From assembly GCA_965603825.1 (NCBI GenBank), contig CBFDEM010000058.1, forward strand, positions 186,001 to 250,000: a DNA stretch of 64,000 bases. The letters run 5' to 3'. Shown in pieces: positions 11,947-25,400 of the stretch. This DNA is from Blepharisma stoltei ATCC 30299 (taxonomy: Eukaryota > Protista > Ciliophora). The notes below the pieces were generated by a model, which worked only from the letters and a program-made list of their open reading frames with translations, had not been told where the DNA came from and ran no database searches. Positions within the stretch are counted from its first letter, which is position 1. Each line of letters begins with the position of its first letter. A program made the translations under genes and the position numbers.

Positions 11947-12780
11947 TAAAATATGCGGCTCTAAATTATCAGTTCCATATTGGGAAAGAAAGATAATTTG
12001 CTTAAACTAAATCTTGATAGAGTGGAGATTTTGGGGAAATGAAGAGCTTATAGACAAATTGGGAGGTAAATATAGAAATTTGAGGGAGGAAAGGCTTAAA
12101 TGTTTGGGAAATCAATGAAAAGATAGGATTATATGGGTTTTGTGGGTTTATTGATATTTAAATAGAAATAAAAAAGAAAATGATAGAGTCAGAAAGAGAT
12201 TGCTTAAAAATGATAGAAAAAGCAGACTTTGGAAATTAGGTATGCTCAGAAATAAAAATGATAGAGCATGCATAAATAGGGATGATGATTCAAGATAATT
12301 GGAAATCTCCAAAATATAATTATTATGTAGTGTAAAATACTGAAATTAGTGGAAGTGGTTCTATTTCTTTTTTACCTATTTCTTACAATTCAGCAGATGG
12401 AAAAATAATCAAGAAATTGAATCTTATAATTATTGAATGTGACTTTTATGATCTGATTATTAAAATTCTGGCAGCCACAAACTATTTTATTGTTAAAATA
12501 TTGTCATATTAATTTATTCAAGAAAAATGGTAGCACTGAAGAAGGGCTAGGCAAGGCCTATTTTATTAGCATATAATTTAAGCGAGATATTATCTAAATG
12601 TCCTGAAGCTGCTAAAGAACAGCATTGCTTTCCTAATCAAACTCATTATTTTATGAATTATAATTGTATTGGAGCATTTAATAACAGTGGAGAAGCAGGA
12701 TTATTAATAAGCCAATTAGCATAATAAAGAAACTCATGAGGAAATAATTCAATATTTTTAATGCAAATATTAAAAGTGTG

Positions 12781-13578
12781 TTACGGATATGCGACCTCAG
12801 CTAAATAAAGTCCTGCTGAAGGGGCTAATTTTGGCTTTTTATTTTCTTTTCCTTTGAAAAATCCTTCAAACTCTTCTTGTGTAATTTTATTGGATGCATA
12901 GCCAACTAGAGCTCCAGTCATATATCTAATTTGATGTCAAAAAAACCTAATTGATTTAAAATGGATTTCAATAACATTTTCCTTAGCTTCCACCCACGTT
13001 TCAATCTCCATTTGTTCGTCGATTGGCCTTTTTTCATCTGGCCTGCATAAATTAACTGGATTAATTGGATTTTTAAAAATTTCTACTGCTTGACAAAGTT
13101 TTTCTCTATCAATATCGTCTATAACCCAATAATAATTCTCTAGAAAAACTGATGATTGGCCTATATAAATTTTGTATATATATTTCCTATACAGAGCATT
13201 AAATCTTGCATGAAAATCTGGGCTTACTTCTTCAATTCTTTTAACTCTTATCAAATGATTTGCTTTTTTTAATTCTTGATTGAATTTAAACACCAAATTA
13301 GTAGGTTGAATTAACACGAAATTTGGTAAAGTCGTAAATTCTATATGAAAAGCGTTAGAAATTGCGTGCACCCCACTATCAGTTCTACTAGAGCCTTGCA
13401 AAGAAAATGATTTAATGAAACCTTTATCAATAGGCTTCCTTATTATATATCTCAATGTGTCTTCTAAAGCACCTGATACTGTTGGCTGATTGGATGGCTT
13501 TCCTTGATTTTGTCACCCACAAAATGATTTCCCTACGTATTCAGCAAAGCATAGATATTTTATGACATTCATTTCCAT
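12781..13578 (-). CDS. tRNA pseudouridine synthase, TruA family
   Basis: YVGKSFCG[TGA]Q, SRTDSGVHA, FHARF, FF[TGA]HQIR, APSAGLYL..V.Y; TAA at 12783-12781. Confidence 0.9.
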
Positions 13579-13600
13579 ATAATTTTAATAATTATTCAAT

Positions 13601-14396
13601 CTAAGGTATTAGTTTTAAACTTGATCGCTTTTTTAAATGTGAGCGAGATATAGGAGAAATCATTTCTTTTAGATGAAAATAATACTTTGAGTATTGTTCA
13701 GGGGAGATGAAAAGTCTCCAGCCTAGAGCGCTTGCAAAATTCATTTCTAAGAGGTTTGTGGATCTTATTGTATAGTATGGGTATAAATTGGCAAAATCGA
13801 TGTTCAGGACACATATGTCTTCTCATATTTTACTAGAAAGCAATAATCCTGTATAAACTATGGGTCTCCAGTTGGTGCTTGATAATTGCACTCCTCCTTC
13901 AGTTATAAGCCTCTCCACATAAATAAGCATCATAACGACGCATTCATGCTGGACAAATAAATTTTCAAACGTCGGCTTGATAAAATCAAAAATCTGTAAA
14001 ACTGTTGGAACAGGGAATTCCGGCTTTATCTCTTTCTGAAAAAATCCAAAAAAAGGTAAGATGTCCATATGATTAGAAAGTTGTTGTGTGTATCATCTAA
14101 TTTTATATTTACTTGATTTTCAAATAGTGAATTTCATCAAAAATCATTGATTGTTCAGAAATTGTAGATTTTTGTCCCTCTAGTATATAACTCAATAAAA
14201 TTCGGCAAATTAATCTTAATAAATCATTCATATCTTGGTTAATTACTCCAATAGAATTAGTGTGGTCGACGTCATCATGAACCATTGAATCAAAATGAGA
14301 CAGACTTTCTGGTGTTTTAATAGTGTTATTGTAATTGAGTATTGAGCTCATTTCTTTCTCTTGGAAATTTTCTGCTTAGGATTTACGATTTCCCAT
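13601..14396 (-). CDS. cyclin Y-like protein; two introns (15 and 16 nt)
   Basis: MGN start, IYVERL, NWRP, LLSSKI[TGA]ED and YSKYYF. Introns at 14372-14386 and 14097-14112. Confidence 0.8.
14097..14112 (-). other. 16-nt intron
   Basis: GTAAATATAAAATTAG; restores frame between ORFs 14109-14351 and 13823-14068. Confidence 0.8.
14372..14386 (-). other. 15-nt intron
   Basis: GTAAATCCTAAGCAG directly after ATG GGA AAT C; in frame and stop-free. Confidence 0.6.
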
Positions 14397-14454
14397 TTTT
14401 AACTTTAAAATTAATTATGAGTTTTAGAAATAAATAATGACGTCTTGTCATTAC

Positions 14455-15630
14455 TTACTGAGTAAATAGCCTTTCGATTCTTATTTCGGTAATTTCATTA
14501 TTCTCGGTTTGAAGGATGGTCTCTGTTGAAAAAGTCGTTATATTATCTGCTACCATGTTTTGCTTGCAAAGTGGGCATCTGATATTATTGCTCGCTCATT
14601 CATCGATGCAATTTACATGAAAATAATGATCGCAATCAAGCATTCTTATAAGAGATTTAGGCAAAAAATCATCCAGACATATTGCACATAATTCTGAACC
14701 CTTGCCTAAATTTGCCCACTTTATAGATGGAAACTGAACTTGTATTCCAACTCCTGACAAAGGATTTATAGACTGGACTCTTGCAAGATTTCGGTGTCTT
14801 ATTATGACCCTAGCAATTGCTGAAAAAATAAAGCATAATGACACAAATAAAATAACTGAAATTGTTATAGCAATTATACATGTATTTTTATCTAGCTCTG
14901 AATTATTGCTATCAAATTTAAAACTGAGTTCTATTTCAGATATTTCTGGCCCAAAGCAAAATAAAGAAAGCTTCAATAAATCTATGTCGATAACTCCTGA
15001 AATGTAGGTAAATTCATTATTTCCATTTGTAAATCAAAATGACATATCAGATTTAAACATGCTTGGAAGAGTACTTTGTGGATCATCATAAGTGAAATAA
15101 AAGTTGGGATTCCCTTTTTTCTTTGAAAATTTAATAGATAAAGTTGATGCTTGATTTGGAAATTCGAGGTAAAAAAATTTTCAACTGTAAGGAACTATTG
15201 TTTGGTTATTTACTGAATTTAGATATAGCCCCTCAAGTTCTACTGAACAATCATAATCTGTATATCTATAATCTTACAAAGACAGTAACCATATTAGCAT
15301 ATTGATCCAGGATTGCATTTAAAATAACATTCTGAGGTTTTAGCTACTTGAACATCGATTACATAATTTATTAATATATCAGTGTCCTTATATACTCCAA
15401 TTATAATATTATTTCCGCCAATATCTTGTATAGAATTATATGAAATTGAAAGAAAGCTGTTCGGCTCATTGAAAACTCAGCTTTTAAAATCGTAAAAGTC
15501 GAAATTGTTTTCGAAATTTTTTATTGAGGAGATATCAAGAAAATAGATTAAAAAGTCAAATAGATTTGCAATTTGTGAACTAAGTGAGGATACAAAAAAG
15601 ATTGTAACGATAACGCTTAATTTTTTTAAT
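14455..15630 (-). pseudogene. single-pass membrane RING-H2 E3 ligase with EGF-like ectodomain; 5' part disrupted
   Basis: The TM segment and RING-H2 (CAICLDDF..CDHYFHVNCIDE[TGA]..CPLC) are intact. The upstream EGF-like CNPGSIC*YGYCLC has a TAA (15296-15294) and a frameshift near 15275. A shorter product from ATG 15060 is possible, and the 5' end is approximate. Confidence 0.55.
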
Positions 15631-15831
15631 TAGTACTTTGATACAAATAATTTTAAGTTAATATCGCTTTTAGCATGAAAAAGAAAGCTATTTAACACCA
15701 GCACAAAAAAATTAGTCAAATTTTTTAAAAATATGCAATTAAAAAACATTTATTAATAAATGCACCATATTGATACATTTTTGAAATTTTTGAAGTCTAA
15801 AACTGAAATAAAAGGCTAATTAAACTCATAA

Positions 15832-16947
15832 ATGAATTTATCAAGAAGATTCAGTATTCTTGCAAGCTCTCTTCCAATATCTTCATTCATCCCATCAGCT
15901 CCCCCTTCAATAGCTCCTATATCTCAAACACTTTTGCCTCACATCGATCTAGTCAATTCCATTAAATCATCTCCAGCTGATATAATTCACCAAATAAAGC
16001 GTCTACCTCAATTTGATTCCTCGACTATCTATCATGATAATCATCAAGTCGAGCTCGCAACACTGCTTCATGCGATGATAGTTTCAGCTTACTACTGGCA
16101 CTCAGACCCTCCACTACCCCGTATTCCCTCAAATATTGCGATCCCTTTTTGCGATCTTAACAAACATCTGAGCCGTGCTCCTGTCCTTACAATAATTTCA
16201 ACTCAATTTTACAACTGAAAATTAAAAGACGAATCTAAACCTTTTCACCCCAATAATATTGAAGCTTTATTCACTTTTTCAGGCACAGAAGATGAAGTTC
16301 AGTTTTATCACTGTGCAACTTATATCGAATATTTAGGAAATTCTATTATTAATGCCATTCCAAGTCTTTATAATGGAGCTCTAGCAAAAAATGAAATCGA
16401 GGTCAAAAATTCGTTAAAAATTTTTGCTAAAACTTTAAAAGAAGCCAAAAAAGCTTTGGGGTTGGTGTATCAGAAGGTGGATCCAAATGTATTTTATTTC
16501 GGATTTAGGAAATATTTGAAATCTTTTGATGGAGGGGTGATATATGAAGGAGTCTCGGATACCCCTCAGAAGTTAATGGGGCCAACTGCAGCTCAAAGCC
16601 CTTTAATGAGGCTTGTGGACACTATTTTTGATTTAAATAGTAATAATGAGTTTTTATTGCGAATCCCAATGTACATGCAAAAAGAGCACAGAGACTTAGT
16701 AGCATTTGCTGAAAGAAATAGGCCAAATAACTTAAGAGAAGCTGCTATAAGTTTAAATGCAAGTGACGAGTGGAATTCTGCGATTGGCGAGCTATGCAAT
16801 TTCCGATCCGCCCATTCAAAGCTCGCCTATAATTACATTATAAAGCCAAGTCAAGGAGGTGAAAGCAAAGGCACTGGTGGTTCCTCTCTCGAAGCCTTCC
16901 TCAGTGCATTGATAGAAAATACCAAAAAACTAATGATTTCTAAGTAG
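15832..16947 (+). CDS. indoleamine 2,3-dioxygenase (IDO)
   Basis: One frame via TGA 16216-16218 (FYN-W). Motifs FTFSGTEDE, GPTAAQS, YMQKEHR, FRSAH (heme-ligand His region) and KGTGGS. Confidence 0.88.
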
Positions 16948-16997
16948 TTTCATATTTTCTTACTTCTTTTTGATTTCTAATGAAATAAAGAAATAAA

Positions 16998-17735
16998 ATG
17001 GTAGACCAAATCACAAAATCTCTTTTTTATAGACTAGATTATTATTTTTGGCCCTATATTGCAACAAACAAATTATCAATGACTATTTTTATAGGACGCA
17101 AATGATGAGCAGTTTATCGAAGCATCTGTACTATTATATGTCTAATATTATTTGGATTTAGCATCATTTTATCTTCAAGCTTCAAGTTTCTTCTTCAATT
17201 CGGCAGCTGAAGCATGATTTTAACTCTGCTTTTCTTTTTCCTTTTACTGATAAATTATCATTACAAGAAACTATGAAAACTCACACATATTTTATATGAA
17301 ATGACCTGGTGCTTTAATTGGACATCAGTTATCATTCATTGGGGAATTATCTTTTGGATGCAGCCAGAGGGCTCCAATTTGTATATAACAGTAGGTTTGC
17401 ATGGAGGATTATTAATTTTATTAATACTCGAATCACTGAACAACCAAATATGATTTTATGCTCGACACCTGTACATTATTTGCATTCTTTCATTATTATA
17501 CTTTATCATGATCATGACATATTCACTAGCCGTCGAAAAAATATATGATAGTTTTTCATTTAAAGACGCCAAAACCTACCTAATTCTCCTAACCTCACTA
17601 ATTATAATAATCCTCTCCTTTATTTCAGGCTCCATCTTAGACAAATTCAAATCCAGACACGCAGCAATCGAAGTAATCCCAGAAAATGGCTATACCTATG
17701 ACGAACTCCAAGATACCACAAAATCCTTTAAATAA
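16998..17735 (+). CDS. multi-pass membrane protein, rolling-stone/FAR-17a/AIG1-like
   Basis: Continuous 245-aa frame when TGA=Trp, including tandem TGA TGA at 17103-17108. About six TM segments, IHWG, LHGG and IYD; missed as a unit by the ORF track. Confidence 0.6.
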
Positions 17736-17766
17736 CTATATGTTTTTCTTATATAAATAATCCATT

Positions 17767-18975
17767 ATGATTTCCAAATTTTTATCAAGAAATTACGGAA
17801 AAGTCGGCTCACTTTACACATGAGGAAATGGCTACCATACAAATCTCGGTCACGATGACGAAATGCCATGTTTAAGGCCAAAGAAAGTAGAAACCACACA
17901 TAGGGTTCCAAGCAATATGCAAGAAGGGTCAAATTATCACTTAAGAAGGACAACTCAGCCATTAAAAGCAAAATTTAAAATAGTAAAGACAGGGATGCTC
18001 CACACTGCAGCAATTTCTGAAACTGGGCAGCTTTATACATTTGGAAATGAGTCTTATAATAAGCTAGGATTCCTTGATAATCCAATGATCCCTGGTAGAG
18101 TTCTAGGGCTAATAGGGATAAATGTGGTAGACGTCGCTTTAGCGCTTGATTCCACATTGGCACTTACAGGTATTTTATAGCTAGATAATGGAAGAGTTTT
18201 TACCTGGGGATATGGAGGGGAAACTAATGGTAATTTATATGCTGCATTATTCAAAGAAGAAGCTGGGGCATTAGGACTTGGAGACTTGTACAATTATAGT
18301 GTCCCAACTGCTATCCCAAACTTTGAAGATGTTATACAGATTGAAGCTGGGTTTTATCATGGCTTAGGACTCACAAGTATCATTTATTAAGAAAATGGAC
18401 ATGTATATTCTTGGGGAAATAATGAATTTGGAGAACTTGGAGTAGAGATGGAGTTCGCAAAGTCCCCTGTGAAAATTGATTTAGAAGGGATCACAAAGAT
18501 TTCAGCTGCTGCTAATTATAGTGTAGCATTGAACAGTAAATTGTATTTAGATTTTGGCGATGTGTGGGTTTGGGGAAGAAATCATTATGGACAGTTAGGA
18601 GTTAAAGAAGAAAAATTATTCAAGCCTTATAAGCTGACGACAGGGGCAAGAGATATTGAAGCAGGAGAAGGGTGCCTTATGATTGTGAAAAATAACGAGT
18701 TATATTTGGCTGGGTTAAGGGAATTTTATGAGCTTACACATTTTCCTACCCAAAGTGTGCCAATAAAACTTTCATGTGGAGATGACCATGCTGAGTTTGT
18801 GGCTGCTAATGGATTAGTGTATGCTATGGGAGGGTTGTTTAGTGAAAAGCCTCAAGGTTATTTTTTCCATAAAAGAAATAGTAATTTTTCTGAAGCCCCA
18901 GCTGGCTTTTTCACAGGGAAAATCCTACATCTTGCAGGAAAATACAATTATCATGCCGCAGTGCTAGAAGATTAA
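17767..18975 (+). CDS. RCC1-repeat protein; 2-3 15-nt introns
   Basis: Repeats LYT[TGA]G, LYTFG, VFTWG, VYSWGNNEFGELG and VWVWGRNHYGQLG. Introns at 18170-18184, 18377-18391 and probably 18536-18550. Confidence 0.85.
18170..18184 (+). other. 15-nt intron
   Basis: GTATTTTATAGCTAG; removes an in-frame TAG. Confidence 0.85.
18377..18391 (+). other. 15-nt intron
   Basis: GTATCATTTATTAAG; removes an in-frame TAA. Confidence 0.85.
18536..18550 (+). other. probable 15-nt stop-free intron
   Basis: GTAAATTGTATTTAG at the same repeat position as the two preceding introns. Confidence 0.65.
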
Positions 18976-19434
18976 TAATAAAATAGTTATTAAAAATGTT
19001 TTCCTAACTTAGAGATTAAATCTTAAAGTTGTAGATATAATTGAAATATTACTAGTAGAGATTGAGAAAATTTATTTATGATGAGCATGCTGATTGTTTT
19101 AAATAGCCAAAGACGTTCTGTGCTCATACCAATGCAGATATAGATTAATATTTTTTAAGAAATACAAAATTTTTTTAATAGTCTTTTAATTAAAAATACT
19201 GAAATTTATGACCTTGGATTTCTATTCTTATCCTAGACCAATTAAGTGTCTGCATGAATAATGAAGAAGACAGGATAATATTATATATAAATTGATTCTT
19301 CCTTATAGCATTATCTAAGCATTTTTTAGCTTTATCAAAATTAAATAAATAATTCATTTATCTTTCAAAATCTGATGATATAAAACATAAAAGACTAAAC
19401 ATGAACATCTAAAAAAAATAATTTATATATATTA

Positions 19435-22400
19435 ATGGGGGAAGACAAATTATTCAAAACAAGTTCAGCGCCAGGCTCTGATTTCCGACAAATAAGTATA
19501 GATCGAGGGCGTGCGTCTGAATTAATTGTATTTCCAACAAATTACATAACAACCGCAAAATATACAATTCTAACACTTCTACCAAAAAACTTATTTGAGC
19601 AATTTCATAGAATTGCAAATATCTGATTCTTAATTGTTTCGATACTTCAACTTTTGCCGCTTGATCTCTCTCCTACTTCAAATTGAGCTACAATTGCCCC
19701 TTTATCATTAGTCCTTACTGTGACTCTATTCAAAGATGTGTATTTGGACTGATGCCGGCACAAAATGGATCGAAAAATCAACAATAAAATAGTTAACATT
19801 TGAGATGAAAATCAAGGAAAGTTTATTGAAATCAAATGAAAAGACTTAGAAGTAGGGAATGTGGTGCTATTAACTGAAGAAAACTGCCAAGTCCCTGCAG
19901 ATATAATGCTTCTAACTTCAAGTCACCAGGAAAAGCTGGTTTATATCGAAACTAGTAGCTTAGATGGAGAAAGCAATTTAAAAATTAGAAACTGTGTCTA
20001 TGAAATTGCCAGTATATTCGAAAACGAATCCCCAGACTCAGCTATTAAAAAATTATATCATCTAGATGAAGGCGTACTTAGAACTGAGCAGCCTAATAAC
20101 CGACTTCATGCTTTTGACGGCTCATTAAAGCTAAAAGGTCACCCACGAGCAATCCCAATTGACATAAATCAAATGGTTTTACGAGGCAGTAGTATAAGAA
20201 ACACCCGCTGGGTACTTGGACTCGTCGTTTTTTCCGGCTCAGATTCCAAACTGATGCGAAATTCTAAAACTCCTCCTCACAAAAGAAGTAATATGGAACG
20301 AAAAGTCAACAAATACCTTGCAGTGGTGTTTTCTTTATTATTCTTAATGGTATTTATCAGCACTAGCATATCATTATCTTACTATTATTCAAACAAAACA
20401 GCTGTTGAGTATTTTTCAGGCACCACCGTTGACAACCAGCCTTTAATTATTTTCACTTTTTTGATTTTATATAATAGCTTGGTGCCTATTTCTTTATATG
20501 TGACTATGGATTGTGTAAGAATTATCCAAGCTCAGTTTATTAGATGGGACTTAGAGATGTTTAATGAGAAAATGAACCAGCCTACAATTGTGAAAACTAT
20601 AGATTTAAACGAAGACTTAGGACAGATTGAGTATATATTTACAGATAAAACCGGGACTTTGACTGAAAATCAAATGGAGTTTAAAAAATGCTATATTGGA
20701 GAGAAATCATATGGATTTCTTGAGCCTCAGCATAGCACAAGACAAACTCAACTATATCATCATAAAAAATTTAAATTTGATGACCCGCAGCTATGGGAAG
20801 ATTTACAAGGAGAAGGTAAAGCAGAAATTTCAGCCTTTTTTGAAGGTCTTGCACTATGCCATACTGTAATAGTAGACCATAAAGAAGATGAAACTGTATA
20901 TCAAGCTGCTTCTCCAGACGAGGAAGCTCTAGTAATCGCCGCTCATTGCTTCGGATTTTCTTTTATTTCGAGCAAAAACAAAATTTACACCTTAAAGATA
21001 AATAATGAGTGCATGGACTACAAAGTCTTAGGAATAAATGAATTTACATCAGACAGAAAAAGAATGTCAATTGTGGTAGTTCCTTTAAGTGATAGATCTA
21101 GAAAGCCATTTTTAATTTGCAAAGGAGCTGACAACGTTATGCTTGAGCGCTGCTTAGGAACTTCAAATGAAATTGAAAAGCTGACAGTAAACTCTTACGA
21201 ATTTTCTGTGTCTGGGCTTAGAATTATGGTTCTTGCAAAAAAAGAATTGTCAGACGAAGAAACCCAAGCATACGAAAAAGGGTATAATGATGCTATGCAT
21301 GCCTTAAATGACAAAGACAAAAGACTTGCAGATCTCGCTGAAGAGCTTGAGCAAGACATGCAAATTGTAGGGGTCACTGCAATTGAAGATAAAATCCAAG
21401 AAAATGTCCCGTCAACTATAGCAACACTTATTGATGCTGGAATAAAAATATGGGTATTAACAGGTGACAAACAAGAAACTGCTATAAATATTGGCTATTC
21501 ATGCAAATTAATTAAATCAAATATGAATCTTATCAAAGTCAATGCAAAATCATTAGATGAGACGAGAAATATCCTAAGAGGAAACTTAACAAAGCATATA
21601 AGTGGGCACGAGTTTAGGAGACAAACAAGCGTATTAGATCAAATAAGGTACATTGGTAATAACAATACTCCTGGGAATACTGTGATTGGCGACAAAATGA
21701 TGCCTAGATATCAATTTGTGAAGCATGATACTGATCTTCTTGATGGAGATATCAAAGTAAAAAATCCTCATTTATTGAATCAAGCCCTAATAGTTGATGG
21801 GCTAACTTTAAGCTTTATTTTGTCTGATTCGGTATGCCTAAGGCTTTTTGTAATTTTAAGTACTTTGTGCAAGTCAGTTCTGTGCTGCCGTGTATCGCCT
21901 TTGCAAAAATCGGAAATTTTAAAAATTATTAAAAATCACCTAGTGTTCAAGCCTATGACACTAGCAATTGGGGACGGAGCTAATGATGTATCAATGATAC
22001 AAGAAGCTCATGTAGGAATAGGAATCGTAGGCAGAGAAGGTATGCAAGCTGTAAACTCCAGCGATTATGCTATAGCAAGATTTCAATATTTATTACCTTT
22101 ACTATTGAAACATGGTAGAAACAACTATGGAAGACTCGCAAAGGTTATTTTATATTCATTTTATAAAAATTTTATGCTAGTGCTACCTTTATTTTATTTC
22201 AGTTTCCTTAATCAGTATTCCGGAACTACCCTTTATGACTCTTATCTTCAAGTGTTTTTTAACGTGATTTTTACATCACTTCCTATAGTAGTTGTAGGGA
22301 GCATGAACAAAGATATAGAAAGTAGAGTGGTAATGGCAAATCCTTTTGCTTATATTCCTGGGATTTTTAATAAAAAATTCAACCTTGTGATTTTTATTAG

Positions 22401-25400
22401 ATGAAGCTTTTTTGCGATACTTCATACACTTTTGATATTTATTCTTTTGAGAGGGGCTGATTCGTTTACTATGGATTCACATGGAATGATGAGTGGGCTT
22501 GATTTATTTGGGACAGCAGGATTTTTTGCAATTATTATAACAGTGACGTATGTTGTTTTTCTTGAAATGAGAGATTGGACATGAATTTTTGTTTTAATAG
22601 CAAGTCTTAGTTTACTGTTATTTTATCCGTTTGTATTTTTGTATGATGTCTCAGCGTTTCCTACAAACAATCTTGTGGGAGTTCCATCGAGGCTATATAA
22701 AGTTGCTCATTGGTTTTTTTATATAACTTTAGTCCCGCTTGGCTGTTTTATTATAAACCTCTCCTATTTTTTTACACGAGTTTTGTGGTATCCTACTATA
22801 TCAGATCTGCTGATAAAAACTTCACAGATAGCTCCTGAAGAAAGATATGCAGAAAATGAGCCATCACAACAAAAAAATAATTTTCGCTTAGAAGAATACT
22901 GCAATGCCTTAAACAAAGTCTTCATCAACAAAAATTTCAAAAACCTCACCAACCAAGATGAAGACAGTGACTTTTATGCAATGAACTCTATCACTCTTGC
23001 ATTTAAAAACCCCTACGTTGAGAACAGTTATAAACAAAGCATGCTTGACAAACAAGTAAGATTCACTAGATGAATGATCAAAATAATTTTTGTGCTATAC
23101 TCCATATACTGCATCGCTGACTTATCATCAAATTCCTATGGCGATGCTTATATAGCATTTAGATGCATCATGATAGGTGTCGTTTTCAGCTTGTCTTTCT
23201 TTGCATCATCCCAAATCTTTAAAAAACACTACGAATTATTTATGGTAATAATCATCTTCTGTGCCTTGCTTATCAAATTTATTTTTGAAACAATTGCAAT
23301 GAATGACGCATCTATGAGTACTGCAATTGTGCCAATTGCGGTTTTTATTTTGTTTAACGTGAGCAACTATAAAATGTTTATAATTAATCTGCTATTTCTG
23401 GTGATGTATTTGATTAGAATCACGATATGGTATGGTGGTCATTCTTCTCAAGCAGAAGCCACAATTATTATAACAAATTACATTGCATTATTATCTGGAA
23501 TATTTTTAATAAGTGCTTATGTTGGCTATAAAATCGAAAAATTCAATAGAATTTCATTTATTCTTGACAAAAAACTTCAATTTCAATTCCAAAAAGGCCA
23601 AGATATATTAGGCAATCTCTTGCCAGGGTTTGTAAAGGACAGAGTTAAACAAGGAGTAAGATATATAGCTGAAGAGCAAGCTCAAATCACATGCTTATTT
23701 TGTGATATTTATGATTTCGATACAATTTGTGCAATACATACACCAAATGAACTTCTTGAACTATTGGATAAATTTTTCGCTATGCTAGATGCTCTTTGTG
23801 ATAAGCATGGAGTCACTAAAATTGAGACGGTAAATAAAACCTATATGATTTGTGGAGGATTAAAAGATAGTGAAGCTCATCTTCCGAAAAAACAATTAAG
23901 GAGAAACCACGCAGAAAGGTGTCTTGATATTGCTTTACACATAATAAAAAAACTTGAACCAGTTTATATCAAAAATGGGCACAAGCTACAAGTAAAAATT
24001 GGAATCAATTCAGGTCCTGTAATTGCTGGAGTCGTTGGTGAGCATAAGCCACAATTTTCCCTTGTAGGCGACACTATTAATACAGCTGCTAGAATGTGCG
24101 GAACTATAAAAGTCCCTGATAGAATTCAGATATCAGAAGACACTTATAATTTATTGAACAATCACAACGAATACATCTTCTTGCCAAATAAGGTTGAAGC
24201 CAAAGGTAAAGGCATTATGGATACTTTTCTGGTTGAGTCCGCAAAAGGACGAAAGCAGCCAAGGATGCTTGGAGAAGGAGGCATCCGTATCCCAATAAAT
24301 GATTTGTCAGGCGAAGAGTCGTTCTATGGCATTTCTGATAGCGTTTTAGAAAAAAGCTCTGAGCCGCTTATGCAGGATATTATTAGAGGGACAACAATAT
24401 TAAATTTTGAAGAAGAAAGAGTCCAAGAAGGTGAAAAGTTTGATTGGAGTAAGCTAAGAAAAGTGCATGGGGATGAAGATAATGATTTAGAGCTTGCTGG
24501 ACCTATGCATTGACTGATGTGCAGCTTTTTTGAGACGCCTTCTCAACATAAATTTAGGATTCGGCAGTTTAATAATGAAATAAAGAGCGTGAATATTGGA
24601 CTTTATTTAAGCATTGGTACATTTACTGCAATTATTATTGTGTTTATTGCGGCTTATATTGCTGATGAGATAACGGGATCTGTTATACAGGTGATTTTAA
24701 GGCTAAGCTATGTTGTTATTTTGATCTTTTATTTGATTTTGCTACTAAAAATGTACCAAAACCCAATGTTTCCTTGGGGAGTTATGATGGTCTACATATA
24801 CATAACATTTGTCAACCTTTTGAATTTCCACGATATTGATACTGGTTTGATTTATATAAAAGTTATTCAGGTTATGTACACAAATATTGTAGTCAGCCAT
24901 GTCAGCGGACTCCCAATTGGGTATATATTAACTGCTACTGTAGTAAATTTTGTTGATTGATACTGCGTTGCCTTTAGTTCTGAGCATTCATTAGGAAGAA
25001 TGATTGAAGGAACCTTTTTTATTGTTGCATTTTTCTTTTTAAACTGTATAGCAAGTTGTGTAAGAGAATATCAAGCTAGAAAATCTTATGATCTTAATAA
25101 ATTCGCTGAGAGGGAAATTAAAAACACAGAAAAGCTGTTAAATCAAATGATCCCTCCCCAAGTTCTCAGAAATCTCCAGAACGATATTACTACAACGGAT
25201 AGATACACAGATGTAACTATAATTTATGCAGATATCTGCGGATTTACCAGCTGGTCTTCAGATAAAAAGCCAATAGAAGTGGTCGGTATGCTTTCCAAAC
25301 TCTTTACTAATTTTGATCATTTGTGTGTGAGGCATAATGTTTATAAAGTTCATACCATTGGAGATTGCTATGTGATATTAAGTTTTACTGACAGTGAAAA

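Noticed and set aside
11947-12780. Purine-skewed spacer upstream of mtHSP70 as a gene or heat-shock element array
   Set aside because: No sustained ORF and no convincing nGAAn array.
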